A stretch of DNA of 60,692 nucleotides, filler included, from Sluysia triapertura (taxonomy: Eukaryota): NCBI GenBank assembly GCA_046118255.1. It is 4 parts of 4 records of this genome, joined end to end, with 100 filler letters (N's around TTAATTAATTAA, not from the genome) between each part and the next. Parts side by side here need not be neighbours in the genome. Positions count along the whole stretch, not along the records: positions 14,154 to 30,555 come from JBJNIA010204816.1; positions 30,656 to 48,003 come from JBJNIA010188831.1; 2 more parts are not named here. The stretch is one strand, 5' to 3'. The notes under the pieces are model-generated. The model saw only the letters and a program-made list of their open reading frames with translations, was not told the DNA's origin and did not search any database. Numbering within the stretch: position 1 is the first letter of the stretch; the number at the start of each line of letters is the position of its first letter. A program made the translations under genes and the position numbers. Shown here piece after piece: positions 22,926-36,524 of the stretch.

Positions 22926-24449
22926 ATTAATGTATAGCATATTGTTGGAGTACGAGGTGTATGAAAGGTTGTGAATAAATCAACTATAACTACATTTATT
23001 AATTAATATAATTAAAATTGTTTGAAAAATTATTTTTACTCAATAATTTTTATATTCGCGTATGCAAATGCAGCATACATAATGAAATACAATGATGAAA
23101 TTTATTAGTGTTGTAAGCGCCGAGATAATATGAAACACGTAGATTATTATAAAGTTAAATTTCTAAGTTTTATAATGATCATATATTCTAAAATTACGTG
23201 GCATATTAATGCTCATTAAGAGATTATTCTATATATGTTATTGAAATTGACGTGTGACATATCGTTAACATGTTGCAAATTGTATCAAACATTATTATTG
23301 GAAATAAGTTTTGTATTTGATTAGAATTATATTCAATTTAAGAATCATTATGTTAAATTTTGATTTAGTTTATTTTTAATTCATGGATAATATTTGACGG
23401 AAAAAGGTCAGCATTAAACCGACTCTAAGAAATAAGCATGTGTTAGTCGAATGCCTGACTTTCAGACAATTACCTAAACTAAATAAAGAACCACATTTTG
23501 CTATTATGTAACACAAAAAAGATATTGCACAGATGATAAATTCCTTCTGCTGTAGCGGACACTTATTGAATCTTACATTTCTTTAATGATCTGACTAAGA
23601 TTTAATTGTTAATTGATCTTAAGTTTTTATTGTTAATTTATTGATATTAGGGTATTAACATTTACATATTTTTTAAGCCCTGAAATTGATTACTATAAAG
23701 ACTGATTTATATTGTTATATGAATTGTAATAGAATTACAATTCATGTGATTGTGTTATAGAATTATTTTTGTTAATTTAAAAATATTAAATAAAGTTCAG
23801 TTGATAAATTCTCAAACATTTTATTTTTTTCAAATTTTGTTATTCTAAATTTAGGTGTCAAATTTTATCATCACCAAGTATTAATAGAAAATGCTTTACT
23901 TATATTAATGCATAAATATTCGAATTATTAAGTGTATACTCATGGGATCCTGATTACTTTGGTCCAGGGTATCTTATCATAGGAGCTTTAAAAATAAAAA
24001 ATTTCAATGTTTTAAGTGACTAAAAAATGTGAGCTTTTGTGTAAAATTTGAAATGTAATTTTTGAAATGTAATTTTTTTTAAATTTCTTCATTTATTATA
24101 GTGATTGCAATATACTCTTCCTCTAATATCAACTTTATTTCTATTGGATAGTTTTGAAATTTGCTCCTACAATCATTACATAGTCAAATTTTATTAATAT
24201 ACCTGTTTGATTGAACATATCTATTAGAATATCATTTTGGTGAGTTATTTTTACATATCCATTTATTTTGTGACACATATCCAGAAGATTTATTTCTTTG
24301 AAATTTTATTGGTTAAGTTTTTGAGGCATTTAAATTCATATTTAATTTATTTACTTGATGAAATGTAGCTAAATTAGGCAATTTTGAATGTCTTTGTATC
24401 AAAATTATAAAAATAAGTATAATTTTGTATCTCAGATTAATATAAATGC

Positions 24450-25410
24450 CAATATTTACATAATGGATGGCTCCAAAAATATATTCCTAATTCGAGATAA
24501 TCTTTGTTACAAAACTTGATCATTTTATATTGCAATGCTAAATTACAATCTAAATAACATTCCAGTGAGCATTTTGATTTGAACATAAATCTAGTATATG
24601 AAAATAATCATTTATTTAATATGAATTCTAATCGTCTCTATGTTTATTTTTCATTTTTAAATTAAAATATAAATTATTGCGCCCATTTACAAGTCGTAAG
24701 AAAAGCTATAATCATTCATTCATGAATTACAAATAGGTATAGAAATTGAAACAAATTCGTGCCATGTTTTACTAAGCGGAATGAAGTTTGAAATAAATAT
24801 TAGTCATACTTGTATTCTATTGAAATTTAGAATATATCTGAATAGAAGTTACTTGAATAATTTACGATGTGTCATACCTTTAAACTTCAGTTAAGATTTT
24901 CCCGTAACGAAACTTCTGAAATTTAATTGTCGTACAGTTTTCACTTAATCACTATTGAGATCTTCATCACATTATTATGAAGCAATCGTGGTAACTTTTA
25001 CCAATGATATCATACCCTATTTGTAATATCCGTAGTCTTATTGTAGGTTCCTTAAATAAGATTGCTTCACGTTCAAGAAATTCCATTCGATTTTGCTTTG
25101 GAATTAAAATCAGCTGTGGGTTATGATTTTGTCACATCGTCGATGTTTTCTAGATATTCAATATTTGCTTATAATTACTATTTCTATTTAGTCTTCTCTC
25201 GGATTTCAATCCTCAGAAATTCTTTTTCAGGTCATAATAATTCACATTAAAGATGATTATTTTCATACAAAAGATTTATATCGAATTTAATTTATTCATC
25301 AAGTACATAAATTGAATATGATGATATATTACAATGAACAAATGACCCAGTATATACTGGTTAACATCATTTCCTAATTCTTCATCTTGAGGTATCTCAA
25401 GCTCATTTTT
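24450..25410 (-). mobile_element. Decayed gypsy integrase
   Basis: Collinear QDEEL, QLILIPKQNRMEFLE, G.YNKT..I....YHW..L...CDE (H2C2 region), then HWNVI and EYIFG; many stops. Confidence 0.45.
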
Positions 25411-26021
25411 TTTCAAATACTAATTGAAAATAAATAAATAAAATAATCTTCATAAACGAAATTTTAAACAAGCTTCTACTTTACCTAAAAATCAACAAAT
25501 AACACAATAACTCAAATTTCAACATATTTTCACAATAATTATAATAATGATTCAAGCATTTAAAATTTAAGCATCTAAAATTTAACACTGTTATTGAAAT
25601 TATTGTTATTATATATTTCTGTTTGGCATTTCTGGTATCATTTGCTAGTAATTATATTACATCACTTCCCACATCTTCACCACTAAACCCTAACGTTTAA
25701 AGTATTAAAATCATTAAAACTACCATTCCAACTAATAATTCCAACTTATTTAAAATATCAAAATTGTCTGATGTCATTGTCATTGTTACCATCATCGACA
25801 CCCGTAGTGCGATAATAAGCTCAAAGACTATTAGAACTCCACCTAATTATCTCGTTATTTATTCTGTACCCCATCTTACCGTTTTGCATCATTTAGTCTT
25901 TTAATGCTTTAATTATTATATGTTATGTAAACTTCATCCATCTGTATTATTTTAAATTGAAAAAATTTATTTACTTTTTACTACACTTTGAAATGTTATC
26001 GATTATTTAGGTATTATTCAT

Positions 26022-26380
26022 TTAGGAAGAAGGGTTAACTGAAAGAATGATTATCTGGAACAAAGTAGACAGTCCAATCTCAACTGAGCACCAAATACAA
26101 CGTTCCTTCTCTAGGAAACTAATATTGTTAGACGTCAAAGTGCCACTTGATATGAAGAATACACTAATAAAGCTCGGGAATTGAGACATTGTCCAAACTT
26201 TAGCCGAAGAGCACAAGACTCAAGTAACTCTACACGAAATTATGTTAGGATGCCTTGGAACTTGGCATCCAGATAATACAACCTTACTAGGATCCCTCAG
26301 ATTCCTTACAAGACAATATAGCTTCATAATTACTGAAGCTATAAAGGGATAGCAGCATCACTTATCGTAGAGCAGCAGCT
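26022..26380 (+). mobile_element. Divergent NeSL-like RLE retrotransposon 3' fragment (copy D)
   Basis: KLILLDVKVPLDMK...VTLHEIMLGCLGTWHPDNTTLLGSL: the same RLE C-terminal signature as copies A-C. Confidence 0.75.
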
Positions 26381-29300
26381 GAGTGCTAAAAGAAAATAAA
26401 GGAACACATAACGTCTCACAAAGAAGACTCAAATGTTTAATTTTTTTCAGTGCTACATTTTAAGCTTAGTTTTATTTACAATTTATATATCAAAATACAT
26501 CACATTCTCAATCAGAAACAGAATAAGTCATATTAATTTGGATGTAATTAAATTAGAAAAACACAGAAAAGTCACATTTGAATCCAATTAATTACATAAT
26601 ACTAAAATAAAGTTATCCCGCATTTGATAATCAACAATCACATTAAAAATTAGGAATGAATTCCAATGGAAAGATTAGAGTTAATTTTGACAAAATTCAA
26701 AAATCAATTTGAAAAACATAGTTCACACAAAGCTTACGGTTTGTAGCAAGTGTACAGTAATTTTGTGCTTTAATTGAGCGCAGTATGCAAACAATACTTG
26801 GTTTTACTTGTGATTCGTTATTTATAAGTTCTAAATATTTATTTTATTTTAAACAATTTAATATTGTATCATCCTGATTCAACTTTCTCAATTTTACACA
26901 ATCATTTTGATGACAGTTTTGTTTTCGTTGGATTACTGTAAATAATAAATTCACAAAATCATACTTTAGAAATAATTATATTATTTATTTTGGATTTAAT
27001 AAAACAATTGATTTTACCGATGCTACTACCTATTCAAAAACGAAAACTAACTAAATTTCCAAAATAAATTTACCAAAATAAATTTATACGATTATACCAT
27101 ATTTAAATATTTGAAAATAAATATCAGCATAGAGAAAGAAGAAATTTAGATATGTTATTTTTATTTTTTGTTTAAATAATCGAAGTATTTTGCATTATTG
27201 GGTTTGTTTAAATAACAGAAACATGTTATAAAATATCTATACTAATGGAAATTTTAATTTTTGTAAATTTATTTAAATTGAACGAACTATAATTTGTTCT
27301 AATAAATTATAAAAATGTGTCAAGTTGTCAATCGTCGTCTCTCGAATATGAAGATATATCTGTAATTCAAAGTCATTGGAATTAATACATTGCAAATCAT
27401 TGTAAATTATTAAATAAATTTGTATTTTACTTCAGCACTTAATATTGAATCATTTGATCAAAATTTAAATAAAGGATCACCTCACAATGACACTAATCAA
27501 ATAATGCATATATTAACAATAGTTTGCATTTTCCACGAATTTGGAGGAGAAATAAATCATAACATACTTGAAACAAATAATATATCGAAAAGTTTCGAAG
27601 TTTAGAAACCATCACTTTATGTCTGTGTTTATCAATTTTGACTTTTCTGAGTTAAAAACCACTTTGTGCAACATTAGTTACGATTATAAGATCTCATGTA
27701 TACTTGTTCAAACTTTAGTATAGTTTTGATTACGATTTTTTCGAAGCTCAACGTATTAATTTTTAATTTATTGATTTAATTTAATTTACGAATGTATATA
27801 CATTTTTAATAACATATGACAAACTTTGTGCGATTCTAGTACAAGAAAGTTATTCTGAATATATTCCCAAAAAAATATTCAAGTTATTTGTAAAATTATC
27901 TATGATTTATTGGGTAAGATGAGGTGTAAGATTGGGTTAATGTTTTCAACATTGGTTGCGATATAATGCAATTTTGTACTGTAAAAATTGCACACAAAAC
28001 TTTGTTTGTAAAATCAAACAATTTTAAAATTATTAGCTCCCCAAATTATTATCACGCGAGCCTATATCGGGCTAGCCCCTAGTTTGCGCACTTCTGCTAC
28101 AGAGTATGAGATGCTTATGGATCTTGATTCTCAACACTTTTACGGTCACACGGCGCATTAACACAACGATGAAATAAATTTAAAAGAATTTAATTAACGA
28201 ATGTATAAATGAATAAACTGTATAGTGCATTTTGCATTTCTGACATCACTTACGTGTGGACGAAAGACAGCCTGTTTTTGCTCTTTACCGATTCACTGAA
28301 TACTACTTACAACATAAACAATTATTAATAAATTTGATAATGAAAATATCTTATTGTTGTATTTGACATACTCAATAAATCGATTTCGAAAATCTATTAT
28401 TTGAAATAGTTCTGACAAGTTAGTAGTATCATAAACAACATTCTATTCTATAATAGTCAAGTTTCTTCAAGAAGTCGGCCGATCAATTTTTAATTATGAA
28501 TCATTTTATTAAATTAATATACTACTTATTATTAAAAATGATACATGGTTTATAAATAATAATAATACTCTATTTATTCTAACTTTTAAATTTAAGTACA
28601 AGAACACCAATACACCATGAAGATGTAATGAAGTGAACTATGTGCAGGATTTCTCTAAGAAATATAAACATTTCAACTAATTATAAATTAGATCATGATA
28701 ATTATGTTTAAAGTGTATTAATTATGAAATATTTTGACTTAGAATTAATCCAATTATTATTTAATATTAGTTATTTTTTATTTAATATAATTATTTATTA
28801 TACTTCCAATATTGATTCACAAAAATTGTATTACAGAAAAATTTCATGTTCAAACATGCAATGGTAACCGAGTTTAGTTGATAGTATGTATTAATTAAGT
28901 GATTGGTTCATTTTTGAATAAATGGTGTACGATTCTTTGTAATAAAATTGGATTCCGATTGGATATGAAATATATATTCTATTCTGAATTAACCAATGAT
29001 TAATCCTTTAATTTCTATTGATTAAATTTTAAATGACTAATATCATCAAAAGTCTCAACTTTGTAACTAATATTTGCTACCACGATGTAACAATGACGGA
29101 ATGATTTCTTAGTACCTATTTATATATGCATAAATTTTTCTATCTACACACATTAACAAGAAAATGTCAAGTGGAATAGAAATTTTTTGTGTGTAAATGT
29201 GAGACTCTTTCTATTGTATAATTTTTTGATGACTCATGTAAACGTTGGCAAAGTTTTCGTGCCACACAGTTATACTTGATACAAAATTAGATAATCTCAT

Positions 29301-29510
29301 CAATTCATTTATGAAAAATGAATTAGGTGAAACAGTATAGAAAAAAATAGTGAAAGTATAACTTATATTAGAAATATAACATAAATACAGTGATAAATTT
29401 AATCAGCCAAATAGTTAGAATAAACAGTTTCTTCTGCTATACAATCGGAACTAGATTTTGAAATGAAACTTGGAAATATGAAAAACAAATGATTTTTTAT
29501 TCAATGAAGA

Positions 29511-29882
29511 ATGGTCGTCATCGAAACACTCTAAAAGCATTTAAAATGTTATTTAAAAAATTATTTTCGAAAAAAGAAAATAGATAGAAACTTCTAGAAT
29601 GTTCTAAAACATTCCATCGATTCTTGTTGGCCGATGACTGGTTATATAAACCAGCATCAGCTTTGTGAAAATCGCCATTTTGATTTCTGTAACATCTTTT
29701 TTAGTGTCATTTATTTTGATTTTCGCAATTGAAAATTCAGTCTATTCAATAATTTGGCAGCATCCACCGATCGATAACAATTCAAGATTACTGTATGTTT
29801 TGGTAATTATATATATTATTAAAAATTATAAAATCCACATAAAATCTCATTTATTTTAATTATTAGTCCCCGATATATTGAG
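29511..29882 (-). mobile_element. Repeat family H, copy 2
   Basis: Minus strand CTCAATATATCGGGGACT start; stem TGATGCTGGTT/AACCAGTCATC. Confidence 0.75.
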
Positions 29883-30460
29883 TGTGGTGGCCAACCCACT
29901 AGTCTTAATGAATTTTACAAAACTTCTAGCATATTTAAATTTCATAAACTTTCAAATACACATCACACACCTTTTAACCCATTTAAAACTAATATAACAT
30001 AACGAAAACCATATTTTCAACAACATATAAAAATCTTACAAAAATCATCACAACCGTTTTCATATCTTATTTCTTTTCTTAAACATTAAAATAAACATTC
30101 ACTTTTCAAAATATGTTAAAGCTACAATCTCATAACAAAGAGTACCATCCAGTTACATTAAACAATTCATTAAAATGCATATTCGACACCTCATAACATT
30201 CAAATCACAATTACATTACAAACCATTAAACTACAGCATAAATCATTCAAAACATTTTATTCTTCATTTTTAACAATTCAATCATAATTGCATTCGATAT
30301 TACTTAATAAACATCTTCAAATATCCCAAACATTCTTAATGCACGATCGTTTATCATTAAGTTTCAACAACCAAACAGGACTTTCTTTCAAAACATCAGT
30401 GAACATTCTTCACTCTTCTCAACACTTACACTGCTTCGAAATAATTAAGTCAGAATCATG
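29883..30460 (+). repeat. G-poor LTR-like repeat
   Basis: Starts TGTGGTGGCCAACC like 44684 and 57615(-); extreme C-over-G skew. Right end approximate. Confidence 0.45.
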
Positions 30461-30655
30461 AAGGTTTTAATAACATTTTCAGATAGAAACATCATTTTAT
30501 CTAGAATATTAGGCAGAAATATGATTAAGACTCGTAAATTAATACGGAAAACCATNNNNNNNNNNNNNNNNNNNNNNNNNNNNNNNNNNNNNNNNNNNNT
30601 TAATTAATTAANNNNNNNNNNNNNNNNNNNNNNNNNNNNNNNNNNNNNNNNNNNN

Positions 30656-30742
30656 ACTGAGCTATCAGCCCCGTCTAACAATTTCATTTTCAATATATTC
30701 AATTATACTACTTGGCACTTTTTAGGCCTTTTGCCCCAACAT
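30656..30742 (-). tRNA. Target cassette copy: flank plus tRNA-like 5' half running into a gap
   Basis: Minus strand ATGTTGGGGC..GGCCTAAAAAGTGCCA..AAATTGTTAGACGGGGCTGATAGCTCAGT|N. Confidence 0.75.
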
Positions 30743-30762
30743 CCGAATATCATTTAATGTAA

Positions 30763-30885
30763 TCTTGTTTTATCCGAGTGTTGAATTCTGACACTCGTCC
30801 ATAACAAGAAAGACTTCCTGCGGTATCACCATCTCTCCTGTAATAGTGTCCGGGAAGTATGGTAATTGGGGCATCAATTACCATA
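30763..30885. other. Three abutting stem-loops (candidate structured RNA/DNA)
   Basis: CGAGTGT/ACACTCG inside TCTTGTT/AACAAGA; ACTTCCTG/CGGGAAGT; perfect 11-bp TATGGTAATTG/CAATTACCATA. Confidence 0.45.
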
Positions 30886-31630
30886 TGTTGTAAAACTCCA
30901 GAGATTGATTTTTATTTATTGAATTATTTTGAGATTGATTTATAATAAATTATAATTAATTGTCGTAAAAAGACTTATTTATATTGAGATAAAGTCTAAA
31001 AATAGATTAATTAATTAATAGATTAATTAAATCCAAATTAATTTAATTAAGTAAAAAGTACGTTTTGTGAATGCGAAATGCTATGACAAATTTGAAACTG
31101 TGTATGTATTTATTTTAAAAAGATCTTTCTAATTCATATAAGGAAAGCCTTAATATTGAGCAAAGTCAAATTTTAATGGATTTGTAATTATAGAACGTTG
31201 AATTTTTCATATTTAGAATGGTGAAAAGATAATGAATTCGATTCAATTAAAGTAAAAATTAGATTCAATTATGATATTAAATTATTTAAAAGATATGATT
31301 TCTAAATAAAAATATATTTTCAAATTATTTTGATAGTACTTCATTCGACTTCTATTTTATATTAAATTATAAATTGATAATTGCATCATTAATAACGCAT
31401 AATTTTTCAGTGTTATTTAATGTTTACCATTTTTATTATTTATTACTTTATTATCTTATTAATTTTATTTAATGTAGAACAAATTTAAAATACAAAGTAT
31501 TATATTAAAATTAAATAAGATTATAAAATAAAATTCTAATAAACTTAAATTTTGTATTATTGTTATACTTAGTTTTGTTTTATTTTGTTTTATTATATTT
31601 CAAATTTGAATTTTTTTTGTAGTTCTTATA

Positions 31631-32198
31631 ATGGTTTGTTTAGTATTATGATGAATATTTTATTATGATTTAGCCTGTTCCAAAAAGTGCAAAAATTACT
31701 CAGCATTTAGAATATCGTATGCGAGCGACTTTGCGTGATGGGAGGCAGTTAGTTGGTACTTTCAAGGCCTTTGACAAGCATATGAATATTATTTTATGTG
31801 ATTGTGATGAATTCAGAAAAATTAAAGCGAAGGGATCCAAAGAAGAAAAAGAAGACAAAAGATCATTAGGTTTTGTATTGATTAGAGGTGAACAACTTAT
31901 AAGTATGAATGTTGATGGTCCTCCTCCGCAAGAGGAAAGTACTAAAGTTTCAGTTTTACATAGTGCTTCATCAACTACTGGTACCGCTCAAGCTGTTGGA
32001 AGAGGAATACCAACTTATAACCCCGTTCCTGTGCCACCAGGTTTAACTGCTCCTACATGGGGTGCAGGACCACCTGGGGCCATGATGCAACCAAGACCTG
32101 GCATTCCAGGTATGCCTCCCACTATACCTGGTATACCTCCTCCACCATTTGCAGGCGGTCCTATGCCCCCGCAAGGTGGTAGAGGCTTTCCAATGTAA
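31631..32198 (+). CDS. SNRPB: Small nuclear ribonucleoprotein SmB (175 aa); exons 31631-31633 and 31674-32198
   Basis: ATG|40-nt GT-AG intron|[75 protein letters not shown], plus Pro/Gly-rich tail. Confidence 0.97.
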
Positions 32199-32984
32199 AT
32201 ACAAATTATTGTTTTATTTTGTAAATTTAAAATTTTTGGTTAACAAAATTTCATTTAGGAAGAATTAGTAAAAATCCATATCTCTTTATAAGTGCTGTAT
32301 GAACAATTGTTTTGTTTAAAATTTTGTTTAAATATTCATTACTTTAAGCTTGTATAGGATGCTAATTTAGTTTAGCAATTAATTTATTAAAATTAGATTG
32401 GCTAGAAGTAAGAAAGCGTAACCTTGAGACCACGCATAAAATGATAAAAGTACTAAATATTGATATTAAGCCTTAATGTGCAAACTCGGACTTAGTTGTC
32501 ATTTTATTGAAATATGCGATTTCTTGAATTTAAAACCTATTTTTGTATGTTACGATTTAGTTAAGAAATATCAAATACTTGCTTTGTATAATAGTTATGC
32601 CTAAGTGATATAAACTTGCAAAGATAATAAAATTGCGCATATTGGATATTTATGCAATCGTTTGATGTAATTTTCAAATTATATTTTAGTAAAATAAATC
32701 GAAAACGAGGGATTCAACAATTTGAATAATTATTATTTCTATTGAGAACGTATAAATGAATTTTTTCACTGAAAGTTTTTTCGAAAAGATAATGCAAGAT
32801 TGCAATATTCGCCTGTTATGTGCAATGTGGATCAAAATCCAAAATTACAATTAAAATTTTGATTGCTTTTGTATTTTTGCTATAATAAGATTGTTTTGAA
32901 TAAAAAGATTTTTACCAAAATTGAGTTTAGTCAAAAAGTTGATGACAGACAAATTTTATTCAAACATATATTAAATCATGCAAT

Positions 32985-33903
32985 TCAAAAAAAAATATAA
33001 CAGATAATATTTTCGATATAAACAAAAGGGTCGTTTACATTGTAACATAATACCAATAATCTGAAATTAATATTAATAATATTTTTTTAAAGTTTACCTT
33101 AATGTTATTAAAAAAGCAATTAAAGTTGCACATTCAATTTTAGGATCTAGAATTGTTTCTAGATTATACTGGATATAAATTATATGACACAAGGATACTG
33201 CAAAACTGGCTTTTGTAATCCTAAATTTAAAATTATTTAAACTAATTAATTTACATTGATGGTTTTATTAACTCGTGACTAATTTTCATATTCGATAACA
33301 AATACAAAATAGCAACTCCAAAACAACGACCACTACCTAAACAATTAAAATATTTATAGAAAGTTCACCTTTAAAAGTACCAATTAAGAGCCATATACAT
33401 GGTGATTCGTTATACAAATTGCGATATTCATAAATTACCCGAATAATAATTTGACATCTTTGAACTTCTTTTAAAAAACAGATTGTCCAAAATACAGGTC
33501 TGTAATGACAAAATCGACAAAAGAAATTAAAAGGACTAAAATTAATAAAATACCTTTTAAAAAATAAATCAAATCTTATTTAACTAACCAAATTAATGAT
33601 GCCAGTATTAAACTGTCATTTGACAAGAACGATAAAATATTCTTATTCATTACGAAATTTGTCATAATTGATCCAAAAAACATCAAAATAATGTTTAAAG
33701 CATAATTTAATAGATAATTTTGTTTGTATGTACCTAAACCATTTGTTATTGATAGAAAATAAAAACTTACTGGTATTGTAAAACTGTTTATTTGATATTG
33801 CTACCAAAATGTAATGGCATATTGCTAAGTATTTAACCCCACGATTACTGTAAGGATAAAATAATGATATAAAATTATATAATGCGTGAACGAAATTATT
33901 CAT
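32985..33903 (-). CDS. TMEM38: TRIC cation channel TMEM38 homolog (247 aa); exons 33903-33771, 33733-33589, 33553-33369, 33336-33255, 33220-33098, 33060-32985
   Basis: Five GT-AG introns of 37, 35, 32, 34 and 37 nt give one open frame with CHYIL, ILASLIWYFINFSPFN, LKEVQR, IGTFKGSG, HELIKPSMITK and DPFVYIENIIC. Confidence 0.92.
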
Positions 33904-34774
33904 TTATAAAAATTTTTAAAAAATTATATTTAGCCTTGAAAATAATAGTTTTTATAAATTAAAACATCAAATATCTATTAAAATATTTCAGCATTAGTAG
34001 TAACATTAAAATTTTGATTGTTTTCTAAACATTAAACCACTACATTTTATAGTGGTAATTAATTCAATTTAGTTAGGCATTTTTAAATTGCAGAAAATAG
34101 AAAATGACTTTTTATATATATATAATTTTATAAATAAATTTAAATATAAATTTATAATTTTAACTTTTAATTAATTTGTAAGTTAACCAAACGTAAGAGT
34201 CAATTTTGGAACAACTCAACTACAAGAAGCAATGCATATAAACCAAAATGTATTACAAAGAAATAATAAATGAGTTTGAGAAGAAAGTATTGAAAAATTT
34301 ATGTATTTGTATTGTAAGACTGATTTTCGCAATAGAAAAGAATTTTTGAAAAATATCTTTAACATTGTAGAATATCCCTCAAAAGCAATGTTGCATTTTT
34401 ATCGATATCACGATAACTCCATGAAAGCCTTTGTCATAATTTACTTATTTCAGCTATTTTTTGTTATTTAAGTTGATGATTGATGGTTCAAACGTTTTTA
34501 AGCCAATTGGTATTTTTACATCTAGATTAATGTGTGAAAATATAGCTAAACAAATAATAAATAAAATAAATCCAAAAAATTGTAACATCAAATTATTTAT
34601 TTAATTATATTATCTAAAGTAAATTTTACTCTAGTAAAACATTATTAAAACATTCTCAAACCATTTTTAAAAATACAATTACCTTACAATTTGATAATAA
34701 ATAAGTAATTACTTACATTTCTACATTTTTCTACATTTTTTTGAATTAAATTAAAATTTTTCTCAAAGTCAAGC

Positions 34775-35080
34775 TGTGACGATGCAGCCAGATATATCAT
34801 GTACATCAGATACATTATAATCATCAACCACATAAACTCTATCACAAAAAAATCACACTAAAATACGATTCACCCATAACACTCATATAATTATATCCCA
34901 CATCATTAATAAATTACAGACATACAATCAAATCTCTTTTAATAACCTTTTATTTGAAACATAACACGTAACGCCTATCGTCATCCAGTCATCATGGTAA
35001 CACCATTCTTTTATGGTACTAAATATCCATCACACATTTTTGTACAACTTATTATTATTATCTTACTATGTTTATGTGTC
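34775..35080 (+). repeat. G-poor LTR-like repeat
   Basis: Starts TGTGACG; composition like the other G-poor copies, little direct alignment. Confidence 0.3.
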
Positions 35081-35089
35081 GTGATGTAC

Positions 35090-35520
35090 GAGGTAGTATG
35101 TCTTGAGCCTGTTATGAGCTGTACCTTTAACTTTCGTTTTAGTTTAACTCCTATATTATTCGAATGTAGATTATCATTCGAAACTGAGATTAATAAAATT
35201 ATTTTGAGAATAATAAATGACCTCGATATTGGACCAATTGTTGTTGATGTTTTAATAAAGTATTTAACATTATCTTCTCAGATTAATGTACTAAATGCAA
35301 TCAAAAATAAAGTATCGCGTGAAGATACTAAAGTTTCTTACAATATAATTCAATTTTTTTCATGGATTTTGATGAGCGTTTTAATTTTCGTTCCAGCATG
35401 TTATGGAAACAATTAATAAAGTCTGAAGATATTAAAGTTAATAATTGGATACACGGATATGCAACAAATGTGACAACATTTGGTTTATTTATCGATGTCG
35501 GTAGTGACAAAATAAAATAA
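35090..35520 (+). pseudogene. SRBD1/Tex-like C-terminal remnant with S1 domain start
   Basis: 35362-35520 reads MDFDERFNFRSSMLWKQLIKSEDIKVNNWIHGYATNVTTFGLFIDVGSDK, resembling SRBD1 FDFR..EDL..G.V.N.T.FG.FVDIG; frameshifted from the upstream ORF and truncated. Confidence 0.65.
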
Positions 35521-36296
35521 TAAAATAAATGATTCTTGTCGAAACCGTAGAGAAACAACTAGCTTGCACTTCAAAAACTTAATATTTTTAACAAAATTAT
35601 GAAGATTTGTAAACAAAAAAATTGTGAGTTGATTCTGAAATTTTAGTCTATTTATATCTGGTCTTAATCCGATCTTCATCGGATTAAAACAAAATTAATT
35701 TAAAACAATTTATTTCACATTAGTTTATTAATTTAATAAATTAAATATATAAATTAATAACTTACATTTAAAAATATATTATTCAAAATTAATTTAAAAA
35801 ATATATTATCCAGAAACAATAAATATAAATAGCCAAATAATTCAGATAATTATAAAATAATATAATCAATAAAATAATCAATAAATAAGTGTGTTACAAG
35901 AGTTAAAATAATCAATGAGTGCTATTTATTGTTACAATAATCAATAAGTGAGTGTGTATGTTATTTATATTGTTACATATATAATTATAAAACGTGAAAC
36001 TTTTATTAACAGCTAATATTACAAAATGTTAAAAAAGTAAAACATATTAAAATAAGATAAGATATTAAGAAGCAAGTAATATTTAAAATTAAAATTCAAT
36101 TGAATATTTAATTTTTTACTTAATTTAGTTCATATATTTCTCAGTAGGTCGATAAAAATACCTTAAATAAAATAATTTACCACACTCATGAAATTGATAC
36201 AATCAATAGATCGAAGAATATTTAGTCACAGATACTACAATTGTCCAAATAATGTAAGATGACGAATTCAATTGCAAAAAAATTGACGATTAAAAC

Positions 36297-36524
36297 AAAT
36301 GGCAATAAACTGGTAACAACTAAATTAAACTGATGCCAGTTTACATGCTAGTCATCAGCCACAATGAACCGATGGGATGTTTTAGAACATTCTAGAAGCT
36401 TTTGTTATATATTTAGAAGCGAATTTTCTTTTAGGAAAATAAACGTTTTTAAATATGTTTAGAGATTTATAAATAATTTTAAAGCATTTTACATGATTTT
36501 AGAGGTTGTGATGACAACCTAACA
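36297..36524 (+). mobile_element. Repeat family H, copy 3 (3' part)
   Basis: TGATGCCAGT..GCTAGTCATCA and terminal GGTTGTGATGACAACCTAAC. Confidence 0.75.

Noticed and set aside
27315-27605. Globin-like LEYEDISVIQSHW start with a 34-nt intron
   Set aside because: In-frame stop and no further globin motifs.
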